A DNA stretch of 63,747 bases, filler included, from Licmophora abbreviata (GCA_900291995.1; 6 parts of 6 records of this genome joined end to end with filler, not necessarily neighbours in it), one strand, 5' to 3'; numbered from the whole stretch's first letter, positions 46,407 through 58,999 are shown. Program-made: numbers and translations. Notes: a model not told the origin generated them from the sequence alone.

Positions 46407-48215
46407 TTACGCATTCGGAGGAGATCCTCGAATCATGTCACCCATTCGCTTCGATTCCTCCTGTACGCTGGTCAACTTTGCAAGCATGGCACTCATTTCT
46501 TCACTCAAGGCCGTCAGCTGCTCGTTTTGTCTTGCATACATGAGTTCGAGTTGTTGTTGACTTGGCAGGACCCCAAAGTGTGCTGATGTGCTCTGTGATG
46601 CAGACTTAGCCATTGATGCTGATGATGATGTTACCATAGACGTTCCAGCTCCGTCCAACGCAGCACTCTCCTTCATTCCATTCACTGCCCGCAGTTGCGG
46701 ATCCTGTTCTCTCCCAGTCAACCTTCGTTGCAGCCTTCGGAACGTGCCTCGCTTGTTACAAATCGCCATGAGAACGGCAACAAAGGCGACACCATAGTGC
46801 ACAATAAATAAGCCTCCCGTATCCTGCAAGCCCAATTGCGAGGACGACGAGTCATCGTCGCTGCCGCCGCCTTCATTTTGTCCTAGATCACAGTTCATAT
46901 CCCAGGTGAACTCCAGCTCTCTTGCCAGTGCATTTTCCAAAAAGCCATCCTGCTTCATTTCCAACAAATGTACACTCAAGGCATCTCGTATCAGATTCGT
47001 ACAGAGCGTCCCCGAGTCGGATCGCGTAGCAAATCCGGCATGTAAAAATTCAAAGACGCGACCGACCCACGCCAGATTGCAGTCGGCATTCACAAGACGC
47101 TGGCCTCGGTATCGATCCCAACTCCCAACGGAGGTAATGGCAAGATCACAGAGTCCGCTGCGAACACCCAAGAAGACGTCGGCTTCGGACGTTGTGATTT
47201 CCACCAGCCGAGCTCCAGGATGGCGTTGCGTCACAATCGTGTGCGGAACAGTGCCCTTGAGGACACACATGGACAAGCCCGCCTGGACAGCCCCCTCGAC
47301 TCCTTCGATACGAAAGGAAGGTGAATTCTGTACAACGAGAAAGCTGGCTAGATTGGCAGTATAGGCGGATCCAATCAACAGGCAAAAGAAAGCCAGAGAT
47401 AAGACAAAGAGTCTGGCATAGTCAGTGGAAGGTTGAAAGGAGACTTCTCCGGTGAAACTAAGAGCCGCCAAGAAGACTGGTTCCGTAGGGATTTTGCCCA
47501 AATCTTGACGATCCGAATCTTCATTGTACCGTTCCATCCACCAATAAATCAAGCCCGAGACTACCAGAGTTACCGCAATCATAATCCAAACTCCAGGCGA
47601 GAATGGTTCAAGGAACGACCAGACATTGAGCTTGGATCCCGCAGTGTCCACCTCTCCTACGAGTATTATAGAGGCATCGTAGAATCCCTCTGGAAAGGCC
47701 GACCCTTGACTGAGTCGTTGCACACTTTGCGTCCACAGGGTTGCCGAGACATCATAGGTTCGCACCGACCACTGTAACATGTCATCAAAGGTCGCAGATA
47801 GCGAGGCGAGCTGCGCAGTATCGACAATTCCAAAGGAATTTCGCCAAGTGAATCCTGCTCTCGTGGCCAGTTCATCCAGGAGTTCCACAACGATACCGGG
47901 ATTCGTTTCGGGGATCGTTGTCGTGTTGGGTGGTAAGAGGAACGATGCTATGTCGCCTGAAAGAAGAAGCGGTCGAATCTGCAAACCTGCGAGAGCATTG
48001 CGCAATTCGAGACTTCCATTGTGTAATTGTGCCTGTCGATCGCAGACACTTTGCCGGTGCGATTCGCTGAAATCATTCGTGGGCGTCGTATAGAGCGCTG
48101 ATTGTTGAGCCAGGGAGGGAGGGAGAGCGAGACAAAGCAAAATTACTAAGGGAAGCAGTAGTGATGATGAGGACTGAGTGCTTGGCAAAGGGAAGTTTTG
48201 CTTGATTGTCGCCAT
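46407..48215 (-). CDS. Ionotropic glutamate receptor-like ligand-gated channel
   Basis: Signal peptide, S1, WSFLEPFS..VW (M1), pore loop LSFTG, AYTANLASFL (M3 gate), S2, LGLQDTGGLF (M4), C-terminal coiled coil. Confidence 0.88.
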   Translation of the reverse strand: MATIKQNFPLPSTQSSSSLLLPLVILLCLALPPSLAQQSALYTTPTNDFSESHRQSVCDRQAQLHNGSLELRNALAGLQIRPLLLSGDIASFLLPPNTTTIPETNPGIVVELLDELATRAGFTWRNSFGIVDTAQLASLSATFDDMLQWSVRTYDVSATLWTQSVQRLSQGSAFPEGFYDASIILVGEVDTAGSKLNVWSFLEPFSPGVWIMIAVTLVVSGLIYWWMERYNEDSDRQDLGKIPTEPVFLAALSFTGEVSFQPSTDYARLFVLSLAFFCLLIGSAYTANLASFLVVQNSPSFRIEGVEGAVQAGLSMCVLKGTVPHTIVTQRHPGARLVEITTSEADVFLGVRSGLCDLAITSVGSWDRYRGQRLVNADCNLAWVGRVFEFLHAGFATRSDSGTLCTNLIRDALSVHLLEMKQDGFLENALARELEFTWDMNCDLGQNEGGGSDDDSSSSQLGLQDTGGLFIVHYGVAFVAVLMAICNKRGTFRRLQRRLTGREQDPQLRAVNGMKESAALDGAGTSMVTSSSASMAKSASQSTSAHFGVLPSQQQLELMYARQNEQLTALSEEMSAMLAKLTSVQEESKRMGDMIRGSPPNA

Positions 48216-48840
48216 TCTGGGTGAAGCTGCGAATTTGGAATTGGGAAATTGAATGATAGGTTCAGAGCGGCAAAAAGGAAAGATCTGTGCGCAGGCTGTG
48301 ATACGAAGCCTCCTTGCTTTTCAGCCAATCCATCGGTGCATGCAGTAGTATAAGATAGTCTCTCCAGAAGCGAAGATCTTCCAAGCTGGCATCATGGTAT
48401 TCAACAGCATCAGATGAAAAAAGTCTGAAATCTCCAAGTTCGAAAGTAGAGTTTCCCCGCCGCTCGCGCGGTCGTGTGTGTGGTTCGTGTTTTCGTTTTG
48501 CCCCGAACGAGCTCCACGAGCTCCGGTCATCGGGGTTCGCATTCCCCCGTTTGAAACCTCTTTTGTGTGATGGCGGGAAACACATCCATTGATGATGGCG
48601 CGGAACAAATTGAACATACATCACACAAAAGCGAAGCCCGAATGATTGGGATTCAAAGAAGGCTGTCGAATCGTCACACGACACGACTTCTATTCATACG
48701 AAACGACCAACAGAGCGTCTCTACCCCTTCTTTGTAGCTACTAGCTCCAGAAAAGGAATCTACAAGTTCGAAAGTGTAGACTACGGCGGTTGCTTGCAAA
48801 CTCTTGAATTCAGCCACACTTGACAGCTTCGAGCAGCAAA

Positions 48841-50166
48841 ATGAAATTTCCAAAGGACTTAGGTGCACTATCTTCTCGTGACGACGACAAGTCATTCCAA
48901 CTCTCCTCTCCACAAGACTTGACGGCTCAGTCCTTTTCATGTGTTCTCCGGGAATACTACGGCGACCTCGACCTACGCATTGCCGAACTTTCGACGCGCA
49001 CTCTTCACGTTGCAATACTGTCCGAGGTGCTGGAAGTATCCATTGTGCTGGATGACAGTCACCACCACCCTACGAGTACAGCAACAACATTCCCAATGAC
49101 TACCATTCCCACTCACTTCATTGTCAAGTTTCTCAGATCCACCGTTCCCTTGAAGGAAATGTTTCGCGTCGAGGCAGCCTTTTATAAGAACCATGCAAAG
49201 AACGACGTTGCCTTCTTTCAGACTCCGAACATGATTCACAGCAATCCCGAATGCATCGTCTTGGAGAAAATATGCAATGCGACACAGAGCAGTTTGTTGG
49301 AAGGATGTCCTGTATCGGATATTGCAGTCGTACTGACTGGCCTGGCTCAAATGCACGCCCATGCATGGCGTACGACAACTGAAAGTAAGCAATCTTCGTT
49401 TCAAGATCTCTCCAAAGCCCCAGGCATGGGAAGTTCTCTGAGCGGACTCAACAAGGAACGCCAGTTTCCACACAAGTATTCCAAATACCTCGAACGTCTC
49501 TACGCTACCCAGCAGCCCCATCTTCTACCACCGTTCGACAAGATGACGTGCCTGTGTCAAGATTTGGCGACACGTCGATTGCGGGAAGTGCATAAGGCCG
49601 TCCACTCTTACAAACCGACTTTGGTGCACGGGGACTTTCATGTCGGCAACTTGTTGAAGAGTGATACTCTTACGGATGCTACTGGTACTATCCAGCAGTG
49701 GCACCTGCTGGACTGGGCCACGTGTGGCGCAGGCAACCCCTTGATGGATTTGGTCTTTTTCCTATTGGTCAGTACAAGGGCAACGACTCCAGCGCAAGTC
49801 TTTCACAAGTGGCTTCCTTTCTACTACCAAGCACTCATTGAAGCCAGACCATCGATCGCAAATGAGCTCGCATACGATTCGTGCATCGACTTGTTCCGCG
49901 AGTGTCTCATTGACGAATTTCTTATTCTCGTCTGCTACGACGACGTCAGTCGGGACTTGGTGTCGTCGAGTACCAATACGATTGCTACGCGAGCCTTCTT
50001 TGAAGAACACTTTATGAATGTCAATACACGTGCTGTGAATGTTCTGCTGTCGACCGATATGACGGGGTATCCCTTTCCGCCGCACAAGACAAAGCAAGAT
50101 ATGGAGCTGGAACGACAGCAAGAACCGGAATGGAGACGCGAGAGCGATGTCGTTACCGAAATATAG
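48841..50166 (+). CDS. APH/ecdysteroid-kinase-like (choline kinase-like) phosphotransferase
   Basis: VEAAFY, IVLE, LAQMHA..W, TLVHGDFHVGNLL, LLDW..G.GNPLMDLVFFL. Confidence 0.82.
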   Translation: MKFPKDLGALSSRDDDKSFQLSSPQDLTAQSFSCVLREYYGDLDLRIAELSTRTLHVAILSEVLEVSIVLDDSHHHPTSTATTFPMTTIPTHFIVKFLRSTVPLKEMFRVEAAFYKNHAKNDVAFFQTPNMIHSNPECIVLEKICNATQSSLLEGCPVSDIAVVLTGLAQMHAHAWRTTTESKQSSFQDLSKAPGMGSSLSGLNKERQFPHKYSKYLERLYATQQPHLLPPFDKMTCLCQDLATRRLREVHKAVHSYKPTLVHGDFHVGNLLKSDTLTDATGTIQQWHLLDWATCGAGNPLMDLVFFLLVSTRATTPAQVFHKWLPFYYQALIEARPSIANELAYDSCIDLFRECLIDEFLILVCYDDVSRDLVSSSTNTIATRAFFEEHFMNVNTRAVNVLLSTDMTGYPFPPHKTKQDMELERQQEPEWRRESDVVTEI

Positions 50167-50782
50167 TAAGAAAGAAGTAGGCAAGGCGGAAGGCCTATTT
50201 GTGTTTTAACATAGGAGGAACATATTTGCGCGACGATATAATACCACGATGGAAAGCCGAAGCGAGTTTTCCGAGAGCTGTGTCGTAGCTATGGCTGCGT
50301 TGTTGCCGGTTGAAAGTATAGCAAAATATGGAGTAGTGTAGAATAAACTTGCTCTAATGATGGGTAAAGCTTTAGCTTGCTACGACCTACATCTGTAGAG
50401 AATGCTCTATATGAGACATCCGGTAGTAGCTATGATAGCTCTTTTAGTTGAGATCCCTACTCTATTAGACATCAACTAGTCGACTGACGGACGCTCGACT
50501 TGTTCTCGTGATGACTTAACATTTTGGGCTGGCCGCCTCCGCCGCTTGTTTGTGTTCAGGTCGCACAGCACGACAGACCAAATCCACCTCATAACCCATG
50601 GATCGACAACCGCACAAAAGTGTTTGGCGCGCAGCGAAATCCTCTTCATGTTCAACGTGGAAGGTTTGTACTTGAAACTTACGTTTGTCAGTTCGAGAAA
50701 AAGCCATCACCGGCGTCGTTTCTTGTCGAGCGATTACTCTTTTGCTGCTATCGTACCGTTCCTTTAGTCTCTCGTACTTATC

Positions 50783-51712
50783 ATGGCCCGTGGATCAGAA
50801 GGAAAGTCCCGTCGCAAGGAATCGCGAAAGCAATCTCGTGCCGAACAGGCCGAGGCCATCCTGGGGGGCGGTTCGCACGATTTCCTCATGGCACCCGTCG
50901 AAGACGACGACAGCGACGACGAAAATAAGCAGCAAGAATCGGACCGATTGAACGTTCCGCCGCCGCCATCATCGAAACGCAAGGGCGACAACAACAATAA
51001 CAAGGCAGCAGAAGCCATGCTGGCTGCTGCTCTGGAACAGAAATCCAAAAAGAAAAAGGAAGGCATCAAGACCTTGCCGCTCATTCTTCTAATTCTCATG
51101 ACGGGCACCACGGTACTTCCAGGTCTGATCTATGCGAGCGACTACCTGGGCGCCTACTTTCAAAAGAATCATGTCCTTGGATCGCTTGGTTACAAGCTGG
51201 GTGTTGGTGCGACGCCTCGAAAGCGAGTCTTGAGCTTCTATGAAAAGCATGATCCTGCCAAAATTGACGACGTGCCCGACATTCTCGCCAAGTACTATGG
51301 GGATTATCCCAAGCTTATCAAGAAACTTGAACGCAAGTATGGAGACTATGGATACTTTCTAGAATGGGAGGCGGATGAAGCGCCGATGCGGGTTGCTATC
51401 GAGCAGCTGGATCAGACGAAAGAGTACTTTGGAGAGCAGTGGAACATCTACGCACCCAGACCTGTCAAGCAGGGAGTGCGCAACATTCGATACAACCTTG
51501 GGACTCTCTATAAAAAGGGATACAAAATCTGGAAGAGACAGGTTTGGCCATTGATCGAGCCCATTTTCGGAGTGCCCAAGGGAGCAGCGGCGCAGAAACG
51601 AAAGGATGCTCAAGAAGCCCGCGAGCGAAAAGCCAAGGCGAGTGGAGGCACAAAGCGCACGACAAGGAGGAAAAATACGGACTATCGCGACGACATGGAA
51701 GATGAACACTAA
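50783..51712 (+). CDS. Membrane-anchored hypothetical protein with a FY..HDP.K..V..IL.KY helical module
   Basis: 309-aa ORF with one hydrophobic segment (LPLILLILMTGTTVLPGLIY) and basic termini. Confidence 0.7.
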   Translation: MARGSEGKSRRKESRKQSRAEQAEAILGGGSHDFLMAPVEDDDSDDENKQQESDRLNVPPPPSSKRKGDNNNNKAAEAMLAAALEQKSKKKKEGIKTLPLILLILMTGTTVLPGLIYASDYLGAYFQKNHVLGSLGYKLGVGATPRKRVLSFYEKHDPAKIDDVPDILAKYYGDYPKLIKKLERKYGDYGYFLEWEADEAPMRVAIEQLDQTKEYFGEQWNIYAPRPVKQGVRNIRYNLGTLYKKGYKIWKRQVWPLIEPIFGVPKGAAAQKRKDAQEARERKAKASGGTKRTTRRKNTDYRDDMEDEH

Positions 51713-51799
51713 AGTCTCTAGCTACTAGTAGTGACTGTATAGTAAATTGGAAATGAACATCTGCACTTGGTATTTGCTGTTCAGCGCATCATAAAACTT

Positions 51800-54465
51800 T
51801 CACGAATTCGACACTCGACCCGACCAGTCCAAGATGGACGTTCGGCCCCTCGTTCCTTCCTCTACGGACGAACGCTGTACATAGTAGTCTTCTGTTCTAC
51901 GGATCGTAGACTGTCCAAGCCTGACTCGACCCCCAGTCCTACAAGGCTCCCCTTCTTCGACCACTGACCCCGGAAATCCCCGCGTTCGCTGTAGTCGAGA
52001 TCGTACATTCTTTGAAATGTGCCCACGGCTCATACCCCTTGCACTGCGGATACTTTGCTGCATGTATTTCGGAATAAACACTGGCAGCAGAATTATCAAG
52101 CTTATGATTGTCACCAGGACGGACCGAATCATAAAGTCAGCCGAGGGATTGTCCATTACCAGCACCAGGATCGGTACGCCAATGAAGAGCGCCTCTAGCA
52201 TTCCCGCCATGATGACGCTCACGTAGAAGCTCTCGTTGAAATCCGTCGGGAGATTCCGAGCCTTGTAATTTTGATAATTCGCAAACACTAGAGCAGATAT
52301 GTCGACGAGCACTAAGAGCAATGCGAGTATGAATTGCGACTGTTCCAAGCCACCTTCGCCGTAGCATGTGCCGTACGATTCGACGCTTCGACCAAACTCG
52401 TCAAAGTTATCAACTTGGACACGTGTCCATTCGAGAGGCCATCCAATGGACCACACGAGCAGTAAAGTGATGTTTAGGACCGACAGGATCACACACGGAT
52501 ACATGACGTCTTTGGCTTCTATTTTGACCCGTCGAAACGTTTCTCCATGGTTGAATAACTGACGAGCGAGTGGGAGTTGATGGGGCAACGGATTGTGAGC
52601 ATCGGACTTCAAGATCAACTCCGCGACAGTATCACCCAGCGACATTCGTTTATACTCACCTTGTTCAGTCGCCATGTCTTCGAAAAGAGCGCAGAAAAGG
52701 CTGTGACGAAGCCCAACGACAGAAGCCACGGCGTCGCCATGCATGCAGTATCTAAACCTGACTGGCTAACGGGCTCCTGCATACTCATTGGAATCACCGC
52801 AGAAGAGAATATAAGAGCACCCACACAGACCTGACATAGAAAGACAGGCTGCGCGATCCGTACAACATCCTTCTTGCGATACCGTAGGGTCCAGACAAAC
52901 CAAACGACTGCACAAAACATGGCAAATGTAGCAAAGGCAAGACCAACGCCTCGTACGGCCCTCGGAATCAGGTTCAACTCGACATCGACTGCTGGGAGAT
53001 CTTCCGGTACCGATACCGTACCATCTACGTGGACAAAGTCTTTCAGTATTTGTATCGGAGCATCGGATCGCAAGTCCACCACGACCGAAGTGTCAGCAGT
53101 AAACAGATATGTTGTATTGCTGGATCGTTCGGACGAGATTAGCACATTCTGGACACCATACAACAGTTCCGATACGTTTCGCGTTCCTGTCGTCGAATCA
53201 AAGCTAACTGCACCCGATATACCTTGAAATTCAGTATGCACCAGTGTATCGTACAATTCAGGCCCCGTGAAGAAGTCTGTCGGAGCTTCACACGCAGCGA
53301 TCCCCAACGCCATGACAGCGTCGTAATTCAAATACTGGTACAACGAGCCACCTGGACTGAGAAACTTGTAGTCGTCAAACCGGTCGGATTCGACATGATT
53401 CGCAACGAATTCTGCTTGCAAGGCAGTGTCCGTCTCGAATGCAGACAAGGCCTGCTCAAACGGTTCGTTTTTGGGAACAGACAACGAGACAACGCCCACC
53501 CCGTTGACGGCCCGAGCCAAATCGGTTTCGGTTTCAACGTCCAAGGAAAAGGCGGATTGTGTCAGCTCCAACGATGCTTCTGATAGTATCCACGTGTATC
53601 CTGAAGTCCCAATGATCCCCGCGTTGCTCGCTTCTCGTACAACCGTCTTCCACGTGCGCGGATTGAAGATTCCCACAATATACCGCATTTCCGCCTCCAC
53701 CAATTGCTGTATGGCTGTTTCAATAGACTGTTTGTCATTATCATTGTCATTGTAGGATGTCGACACAACCTTGATATTGTACAGTGCAGCCTCCTTTAAC
53801 AGAGACGCATGAAAGAAACTACCAAAGCCATCTTGAATGTATATTATACCAACATGTGTCACTCTTCGATAGTCCAAGTACCGAATCATCGCACGAGCGT
53901 CCCCCGAATTGGTCGGAACTGTGCGGGCAAAGAGCGGAGATGACTCCTTGTTGTCCAGCACGCCCGAGGTAGACGTGGCGCTAATCTGCGGCAATTCGTA
54001 CACACCCGACAGTATGCTCAGCGTCTGAGAAACTTCACTACGCGCGGCACCTAGTAACGAAAAAGGCAGCGGAGTTTCGAGCGAATGTGTCTTGGCCCGT
54101 ATTGTCTGCAATTCTTGTGCCGCGTGAATGGAACTGAAGCGGGTGTCTCTCATTTCTATGGATAAGTGCACGTCGCAGTCTTTTAAACGATCTGCGAGGA
54201 GTCGTGGTAGAGGGTTCCGCTCGTTGAAGTGTCTCAGCGCCAAGTAGGCTGCCGCTTCCAGGTAGACGCGAAAATCAATCAGCTTGCGAACAGTCGAATT
54301 GGTAGATACATCCGTTTCTGTTGATGTCAAGGGGAGAAGTGTTGACAAATGGCAGAGTCTGGTAGATTCATTCAAGCGTAACACGGCGGAACCTTCTTGA
54401 ATTTCGACGGACGCGGACTGCGCCTTCGCCTCATTTTTCTCGAATTCTGGGACTGCCTGGTCCAT
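51800..54465 (-). CDS. Class C (GABA-B-like) GPCR with Venus-flytrap domain
   Basis: Exons to 52660 and 52558-51800; LGAARSEVS, PQIS..TS..LD..PLFART, YDAVMA, FQGISG, VVRIAQPVFL, AFSALFSKTWR, ARNLPTDFNES, PKY. A short upstream exon at 54655-54589 is possible. Confidence 0.9.
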
Positions 54466-54803
54466 TCTGCTTGCCTAGAGGGTTTTCAGGAAGGCAAAGA
54501 GTCCTAATTATGGGGGGAATCAAATGCCTGGCCTCAATAATGATCCAAACATTCGCAATGACATTCGATAATGAGATGGTCAAGATACCCTGTTCGCAGC
54601 CAACAAGACCACAAAGCACCGGACCACCACCGGCGCCCGCGCGGCGTCTGCTCATTGAATTCTGAGAACAATTTCGACAGCTCTGAGCCTGTTCTCTAGA
54701 CGTTGTTGCGACACTCGCGTGACGTACTGATACTCCCCCGCAGTACATTTCATCAGTGAGGTACTGTGTATGTGTGTTTGGTATGTACAGGTATGAATAC
54801 CAG

Positions 54804-54903
54804 NNNNNNNNNNNNNNNNNNNNNNNNNNNNNNNNNNNNNNNNNNNNTTAATTAATTAANNNNNNNNNNNNNNNNNNNNNNNNNNNNNNNNNNNNNNNNN
54901 NNN
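54804..54903. other. Artificial scaffold linker
   Basis: N44-TTAATTAATTAA-N44. Confidence 0.97.
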
Positions 54904-55412
54904 TGGTGCGCTGACGCACGCGAATGGTGACGCGCGAAAAGGGCAACGTCACGACGAACAGCCCGGTGTCGTCCAGCTTGTTCCGACCCGACACACCCTG
55001 TGACCCACCTATTTTTCACCATCATATCACTCGCGTGAGTTGCCTTTGTTAAGCTACTGGACTACCGGTAGACCAGTCTAAGCCATGATTGGGAGAAAAC
55101 AGGATGCAAGGGCAGCGTGCGAATAGTAAAGAAAGTGGCGTAAGGGTAACGTACTTTAGGCTCGGATCCTTAGACTAGACTAGCCGAGAATCAGACGTCT
55201 CGCTGCTAGAAGTCTAATTGGGGGATACGTGCAATACGCTCGAATGTCGAACGACCTACGGTACGCGCGCTCAATACTTGCATAAACTAGACCATCCAAA
55301 TGCACTTTATTCCTTGTCGTTCTGCATCTTTATTAACAACCTCTACACCGCAGCTTCCACTTTATATAGTATCATAAAACATAGACTCCATGAAAGAATT
55401 CGATCGATTCGC

Positions 55413-57092
55413 TCATCGCGCGACACTTCGCTTTTTCGCCTTTCCACTCGCGCCCGCAGGACTCACTTGCGTTGAGTTGTTGGTGAGTGTGACACTTGCA
55501 GTCGTCGCTTCCTCTTCATCACGCGGATCCTTGCCCTTCTTGCCCCCGCGTCCGGCCAAGTTGGCAACTTGCAAGCGAAAGCATAGAGCTGAGAAGCCTT
55601 CCATGAGCACCTTGCACTGATCCGCCGTCACGGCCGTAATATCCACGGTGCGCTTTGGAAAGATGAGCGCGAAACTTTTGTGGGCGTTCGCGGCTTCGCA
55701 CTTTTGCCGCAGAATCGGTGTTCCGGTAAACATGGGGTTCAGCGGATCGGGACTCCAAGCGTGTCGCACTTCGGTACAGGTACTCAGATCCAGCTTGGGA
55801 GGTCGTTTCGAGCTTGTTGGTTCCCCAACGGCAGGCTTCCAGCTCAGCGATCGTCCGTCCGGGTGAATGTGAAGAATACGAAGGCGAGACTTGCACCATC
55901 TGGATCGTCCGTGCTTCACGACTGTGATTCCAGATCGGAGCCGAGCAACAAAGCACCGAACAATGAAATCGGAAGCATTGGTACAGCCAGTCGCAGGTTT
56001 GAATGTCGGAAGGTACATGGGCATACGCACTTCATGCGTCTGCGTGGCAGTCGACAAGGACGCCCCCGACGACGGAAATGCGGGTGGTTTTCGAGCGACA
56101 CTTTGTTCGCCTGCAGCAGCTCCAGATTCTTCACCGCCGTCGCTATTCAGAGCCTGATCCGAGTTGCAATCGTCAAAGCCCTTGAGATTCTGCTCCTCCG
56201 AAAATGGTGCGACGATCGGAGTATCTTCCTCAAGGCCACTCCTGGACGAGCCCCCAGCCTCACTGTTGCTGCCCTCCACGTCCCCTTGGACACCGTCTGC
56301 AACATAGGCCGCCGCCGCGGCATCCAATCCAACACTCGGTACGACGGGCGTCACTTCAATAGCACTGTCTTCTTCGTCCTGACTGTCCTGTACTTGCATG
56401 CTGTCGATAGTCTCGAGCTCTTTTCCAGGAGGACTCTTGGCACCCGGTCGAACGCTCAATCCTTGTTTGACCGCATCAGATGCTTTGGCCGCGGGTTTGA
56501 GGTCCTCTCCATCCTCACGAGAGCTATCCACTTCTTCGTGCTCCACTTCAATGGGGCTCTCTTCCGCTTGGTAGGTTTCTTTCACCATGGCTTCCGCTTT
56601 CTGTACGGGAGTATCGGCAGTGGGGGGCTCCTCCATGGTCATGACGTGATCGCCAGCCGTGCCTTCTCGAGCACGCGCCTTGACTTCGGGGACAATTTCT
56701 GCCAAGGCATAGAGATCGTCTTGCGTTTCAGAGGCGTTTTTCATTTCCACTGTGATTTAGGAATGAAACGAGAGTCAAACGTAAGAATGTGTGTATGAGA
56801 CACGGGACTGGTGGTGCGCTATCGAGTCTTGTACGACGACATGGCAGTCGAAGCTGGAAAACTTACACAATCGCTCGGCGCCCGTAGTAGGGGCCTTGGT
56901 TCCTCTTAAATCACTCAAATCGACTTCATCTGCTTCCGGATTCGGAACAACGTTGTAGGAGGCGTCTTCCGCGGGAACTTTGGTGTGCACAGGAGGATCG
57001 TTCAAGGAAAAGCCCAACTTTTGAATGAGCGCCTCTTCGACGCCTGGCGTCTCTTCGATTTTCTTCTCGTTGTCCTTCAAGGCTTCGTCCAT
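55413..57092 (-). CDS. Acidic disordered protein with C-terminal PH-like domain, 2 exons
   Basis: Exons 57092-56867 and 56749-55413; LRSGITVVKHGR..RILHIHPDGRSLSW..LDLS..EVR..SFALIF..RTVDI..LMEGF matches a PLC/Mcp5-type PH pattern. Confidence 0.7.
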
Positions 57093-58258
57093 CCTGTGCG
57101 GTGTGGCGGCAGTTTCGTTCTTTTTACAAAAAGCAGTAAGAAGCAAAACAAAAAGACATGAGCAAGAACAAAAGTGTGGTGGAGTCAGTCCAATGGAGAC
57201 ATAATCTCTCTCGGGATTCACTGCAGGAAATTTTGAATTCGCATACATGTCGCATGTGACAACGATCACGGTTTGTACCTAACGACAACCGTGATGCTAC
57301 TCAATACTCAATCCTTCATCGTTGGATACGTTGAACAGAAAAAATCACGAGGCTTTCACGAATATGAATATATTCAACGTCTATTGAATGAAAAACACGA
57401 GAACTCGTGGATTTGGAAGTGCGACGATTGGGGGGAGCTGCCATCTTGGAGGGTCAACTGTGTCTGGACGGAGCAATTCTTGGAGCAGCGGACTCCAGAA
57501 GTAGATAGCATATCTAATCGAGACGATCCATGCTCGTTTAGGCGTTCGAAACGCCAGAAAAACTCGTCGAAACAGCCTCATACCGGCAGGATCGCAGGGA
57601 GTGGTGTAACACCAGGGACCTCGAGCTCATTTTTCGTCACAGAAAACAGTTCCGTCTGCTTTGTTCTTACCTCTGGTGTAGTGTCCATGTCTCCTCTCTC
57701 ACTGCCAGTCTCTGATGGACAAGACAAGCCTCCAAGAACGAACGCAGAAGCCCTCTTTTCTCGTGGCTTCCCTCTTTTTTTTGTCGCCTGAGATGTTGAA
57801 TGTTGTGCTGGTCCGCTTGGTACGAGAGAGAGCCAGCCTTGCACTCTCATTCTATCAGTAGGATCAATACTACATTATACATACGGGAGATTCAGTACAC
57901 TGAGACGTAAGCAGCACAAGCGTACCGTCGCGTACGTCGACAGACGGACTGACTCTTCTGCTGGCACGCGATGACGAAAAGGAGTTGTGGTCGATGGGTG
58001 CAGTACTATATATAGGCTACAACACACTATCCTAGCAACCCAAGCGAAGGTATACGATGAGCACGTTTGTTACAATTCTTTTTCGTAATCAACGATCCTA
58101 ACGAACGAGCATTGACTCGCCCTCTTGCTGGGAGCCAGACTCGGCGACCTAGCTAGATACTCGTACTTCCAGAGCAAGTTAATCATCATGCATCTCGACA
58201 TGTGTCAAGACAACAAAAAGCACCACTACTACATTGCTCGTTACCAGTAAGTCTACTC

Positions 58259-58999
58259 CTACTCTTCTACTTCATCCAGCAGTGATGTCGTCTCGACATC
58301 CGCCTTTCGTCTCGTCTCCTTACCCAAGGACCCGACAATAGAATTTTGTTTCGATTGTTTGTTGAACGAGCCTACCGCCACCGCACAGGTTGCATACGAC
58401 CCCAGCACCATGGGAAGAGGATTGGCCGTCATGACTGACGCGGTAATTCCAAGATAATAAGGCAAGACAACCGCCAAACTGTGATTGTTGGTCCGACGCA
58501 AGGCCATTTCTTCGAGGGGCTGTAGTAGTTCGTGGACTTCACTTTCTCGGTCCAATTCATGTGCTTCCGCATATCGTACGACACACTGTAAAACTGCCTT
58601 GTAGAGTATTTGAGGAATGTTCTGTCTTTCGTTCTCTTCTTTCTCGTCTTCTGCAGGCCACTTGTCGGCTGCCAACGCCACGATTGCGGTCAGTTGGGCG
58701 TACGAGACTTCTTCGCCGTCTTGTTGTTGTTGTTGCTGCTGCTGCGATGTCGTTGTTGCTCTGTGTTTCGAAATGACATATAAATACTGATCAAAGTCTT
58801 CTTGTCGAATGTGTTCCACTACCACTGGATGAGGAAACAATGTTGATTCTGAAATCATGGAAAAGAGCAGTGAATGTTCTATGGGAGCGACAAAGCCCAG
58901 AGTGGGATAGGCAAAGTTCTTGCGATTCGCTTCCATGTTTTGTTGCGCCACAGCTTCTGTGGGACCTCGTGTGCGACGACTTTTGCGGTTTTTAAACAT
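58259..58999 (-). CDS. Hypothetical protein with poly-Gln tract and C-terminal hydrophobic hairpin
   Basis: 246-aa ATG-initiated ORF of natural composition; no recognised domain. Confidence 0.55.
   Translation of the reverse strand: MFKNRKSRRTRGPTEAVAQQNMEANRKNFAYPTLGFVAPIEHSLLFSMISESTLFPHPVVVEHIRQEDFDQYLYVISKHRATTTSQQQQQQQQDGEEVSYAQLTAIVALAADKWPAEDEKEENERQNIPQILYKAVLQCVVRYAEAHELDRESEVHELLQPLEEMALRRTNNHSLAVVLPYYLGITASVMTANPLPMVLGSYATCAVAVGSFNKQSKQNSIVGSLGKETRRKADVETTSLLDEVEE

Noticed and set aside
57273..57850. 172-aa and 90-aa ORFs upstream of the PH-domain gene
   Set aside because: No motifs, and the 172-aa ORF has a non-ATG start; likely non-coding leader region
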